Assembly (NCBI GenBank): GCA_013298185.1
Contig: JAAFJQ010000002.1
Location: forward strand, 9,591-73,590
Source: Deinococcales bacterium
GTDB lineage: Bacteria; Deinococcota; Deinococci; Deinococcales; JAAFIG01
Direction of reading: 5' to 3'
Length of the DNA stretch: 64,000 nucleotides
Every line of letters begins with the position of its first letter. Position 1 is the stretch's first letter. Below the pieces are notes generated by a model, which saw nothing but the letters and a program-made list of their open reading frames with translations, did not search any database and was not told the origin of the DNA. Shown piece after piece: positions 63,218 to 64,000 of the stretch. Position numbers and translations under genes: made by a program.

Positions 63218-64000
63218 GGTTCACCTGCTTCGGTGACATCAAGGTCTATTTCAGCTGCAAGTTGGCGGTGTTGTTCGGCAGAGGATGAATCTGGTTGGAA
63301 CTGCCCGAGGGCTTGACCGGTACTGGGTGCTTCGGCGGCTTTTGAGGCTTCGTGGATGATGGTGGCAAAGACGGGTACAGCGAACTTGGGAAGCTGCGAG
63401 ACGACTTCTTTGCATAAGAGCATTCGGGAGTCGTAACGGGTGGCGAGCAAACCCAAGACCCTGAGTTTAGGATTGGCTTCGCGGCGCACCTGTTCGATCC
63501 TCGAGAGCAGCGCGGTTAAGCCTTGGAGGGCGTAGAAGTGGGCTGCCACAGGTACAACCACTTCTTGAGCGGCGCAGAGGACGTTATAGGTAAGTTGCCC
63601 GAAGTTGGGTGGAGAATCCAAGAGGATATAGTCGTAATGCGCCATCAGTTCGGGTGAGATGGCGTTCTTTAAGGTGTTATGACCTCCAAAACGCCCTGTG
63701 AGGGACTGATCCACTTCGGCTAACTCGAGGTGGGACGGAACAATATCGAGGTTTGGGGTGGTGGTGGTCTGCACCACTTCGGAGAGTTTGCGGTCTGGCT
63801 GAGCGAGGATCGCCGCGATGCTGCGCGAAGCGGGGATATTGGCGACACCAAGACCGATGGAGAGGTTGGCTTGGGCATCGCAGTCCACGACCAGCACCCG
63901 ATGACCGCGTTCGGTCAGGGCATGACCAAGATTGGCGGTGGTGGTGGTTTTACCGACTCCTCCTTTTTGATTGGAAAAAGCAATCACTCGAGCGTTACGG
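63214..64000 (-). CDS. parA: ParA/Soj-family partition ATPase; 5' end probably just beyond the right edge
   Basis: Deviant Walker A NQKGGVGKTTT. The frame stays open upstream of the GTG at 63987 through to the window end. Confidence 0.85.
   Translation of the reverse strand, partial: RNARVIAFSNQKGGVGKTTTTANLGHALTERGHRVLVVDCDAQANLSIGLGVANIPASRSIAAILAQPDRKLSEVVQTTTTPNLDIVPSHLELAEVDQSLTGRFGGHNTLKNAISPELMAHYDYILLDSPPNFGQLTYNVLCAAQEVVVPVAAHFYALQGLTALLSRIEQVRREANPKLRVLGLLATRYDSRMLLCKEVVSQLPKFAVPVFATIIHEASKAAEAPSTGQALGQFQPDSSSAEQHRQLAAEIDLDVTEAGEP

Larger units (their letters stand above)
56652..64000. mobile_element. Plasmid-type maintenance/replication backbone (whether episomal or integrated cannot be told from the window)
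   Basis: Two partition loci, a Xer-type tyrosine recombinase, an excisionase-type HTH protein, a Rep candidate next to an AT-rich inverted-repeat region, and iteron-like direct repeats. Confidence 0.55.

Noticed and set aside
1-64000. Looked for rRNA, tRNA (T-loop GGTTCGAATCC-type signatures), transposases/IS ends, cas genes, reverse transcriptases and the cyanobacterial HIP1 octamer GCGATCGC
   Set aside because: I found none by eye. The nearest HIP1-like string (ACGATCGCGC near 39540) is not the octamer. Absence should be confirmed with tRNAscan-SE, Infernal, ISfinder and k-mer counting.

Overview
This is a 64-kb bacterial window with mid-range GC. I saw no rRNA, tRNA, CRISPR array or transposase by eye.

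Layout:
1. 1-2276: the 3' part of a DnaE2-type error-prone polymerase gene that runs in from the left edge.
2. 2.4-13.3 kb: a defence/addiction island. It holds an EcoR124-like type IC R-M operon (hsdM, hsdS, a Fic gene lacking its catalytic core, hsdR), abiEi/abiEii, RES-Xre, a small HNH gene, an orphan abiEi and a PIN-toxin fragment. The cassettes are separated by ~113-bp copies of the HNH gene's 3' tail.
3. 13.4-43.1 kb: a c-di-GMP and surface-polysaccharide region. It encodes a GGDEF-EAL protein, an LruC-type lipoprotein, GT-C membrane proteins and a GntR-REC hybrid. It also has a cohesin/dockerin lipoprotein with an algI-algJ-algF-algX-like O-acetylation module, a clan GH-A hydrolase, two HD-GYP proteins, a flippase with GT2 and GT4, a STAS/PP2C/RsbW-like partner-switching set and a PAS-GAF histidine kinase.
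4. 43.2-48.4 kb: a TPR-SARP regulator with a divergent, untracked 40-aa secreted-peptide gene, followed by a run of nuclease-fold genes and a DUF4143 ATPase.
5. 48.4-56.7 kb: an eight-gene minus-strand envelope operon (membrane AAA ATPase, half-size TolC-like protein, four lipoproteins including two DUF11-repeat proteins, and a DUF457::HlyD-like fusion).
6. 56.7-64 kb: a plasmid-type backbone (two par loci, a Xer-type recombinase, an HTH protein, a Rep candidate and an AT-rich ori-like region).

Most unusual signals:
- CTCGAG is massively over-represented in all reading frames and in intergenic DNA. This resembles the HIP1 phenomenon of cyanobacteria. Its local density drops in apparently foreign segments.
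- A conserved two-block promoter/operator module (GTGTGATTTTTGCACAC plus TAGTGCTAGCAC) precedes the c-di-GMP turnover and surface genes.
- The envelope operon has a non-canonical composition.
- HNH-tail repeats delimit the toxin-antitoxin cassettes.

All counts are hand counts, and all homology calls come from motif recognition. None has been checked by a search.
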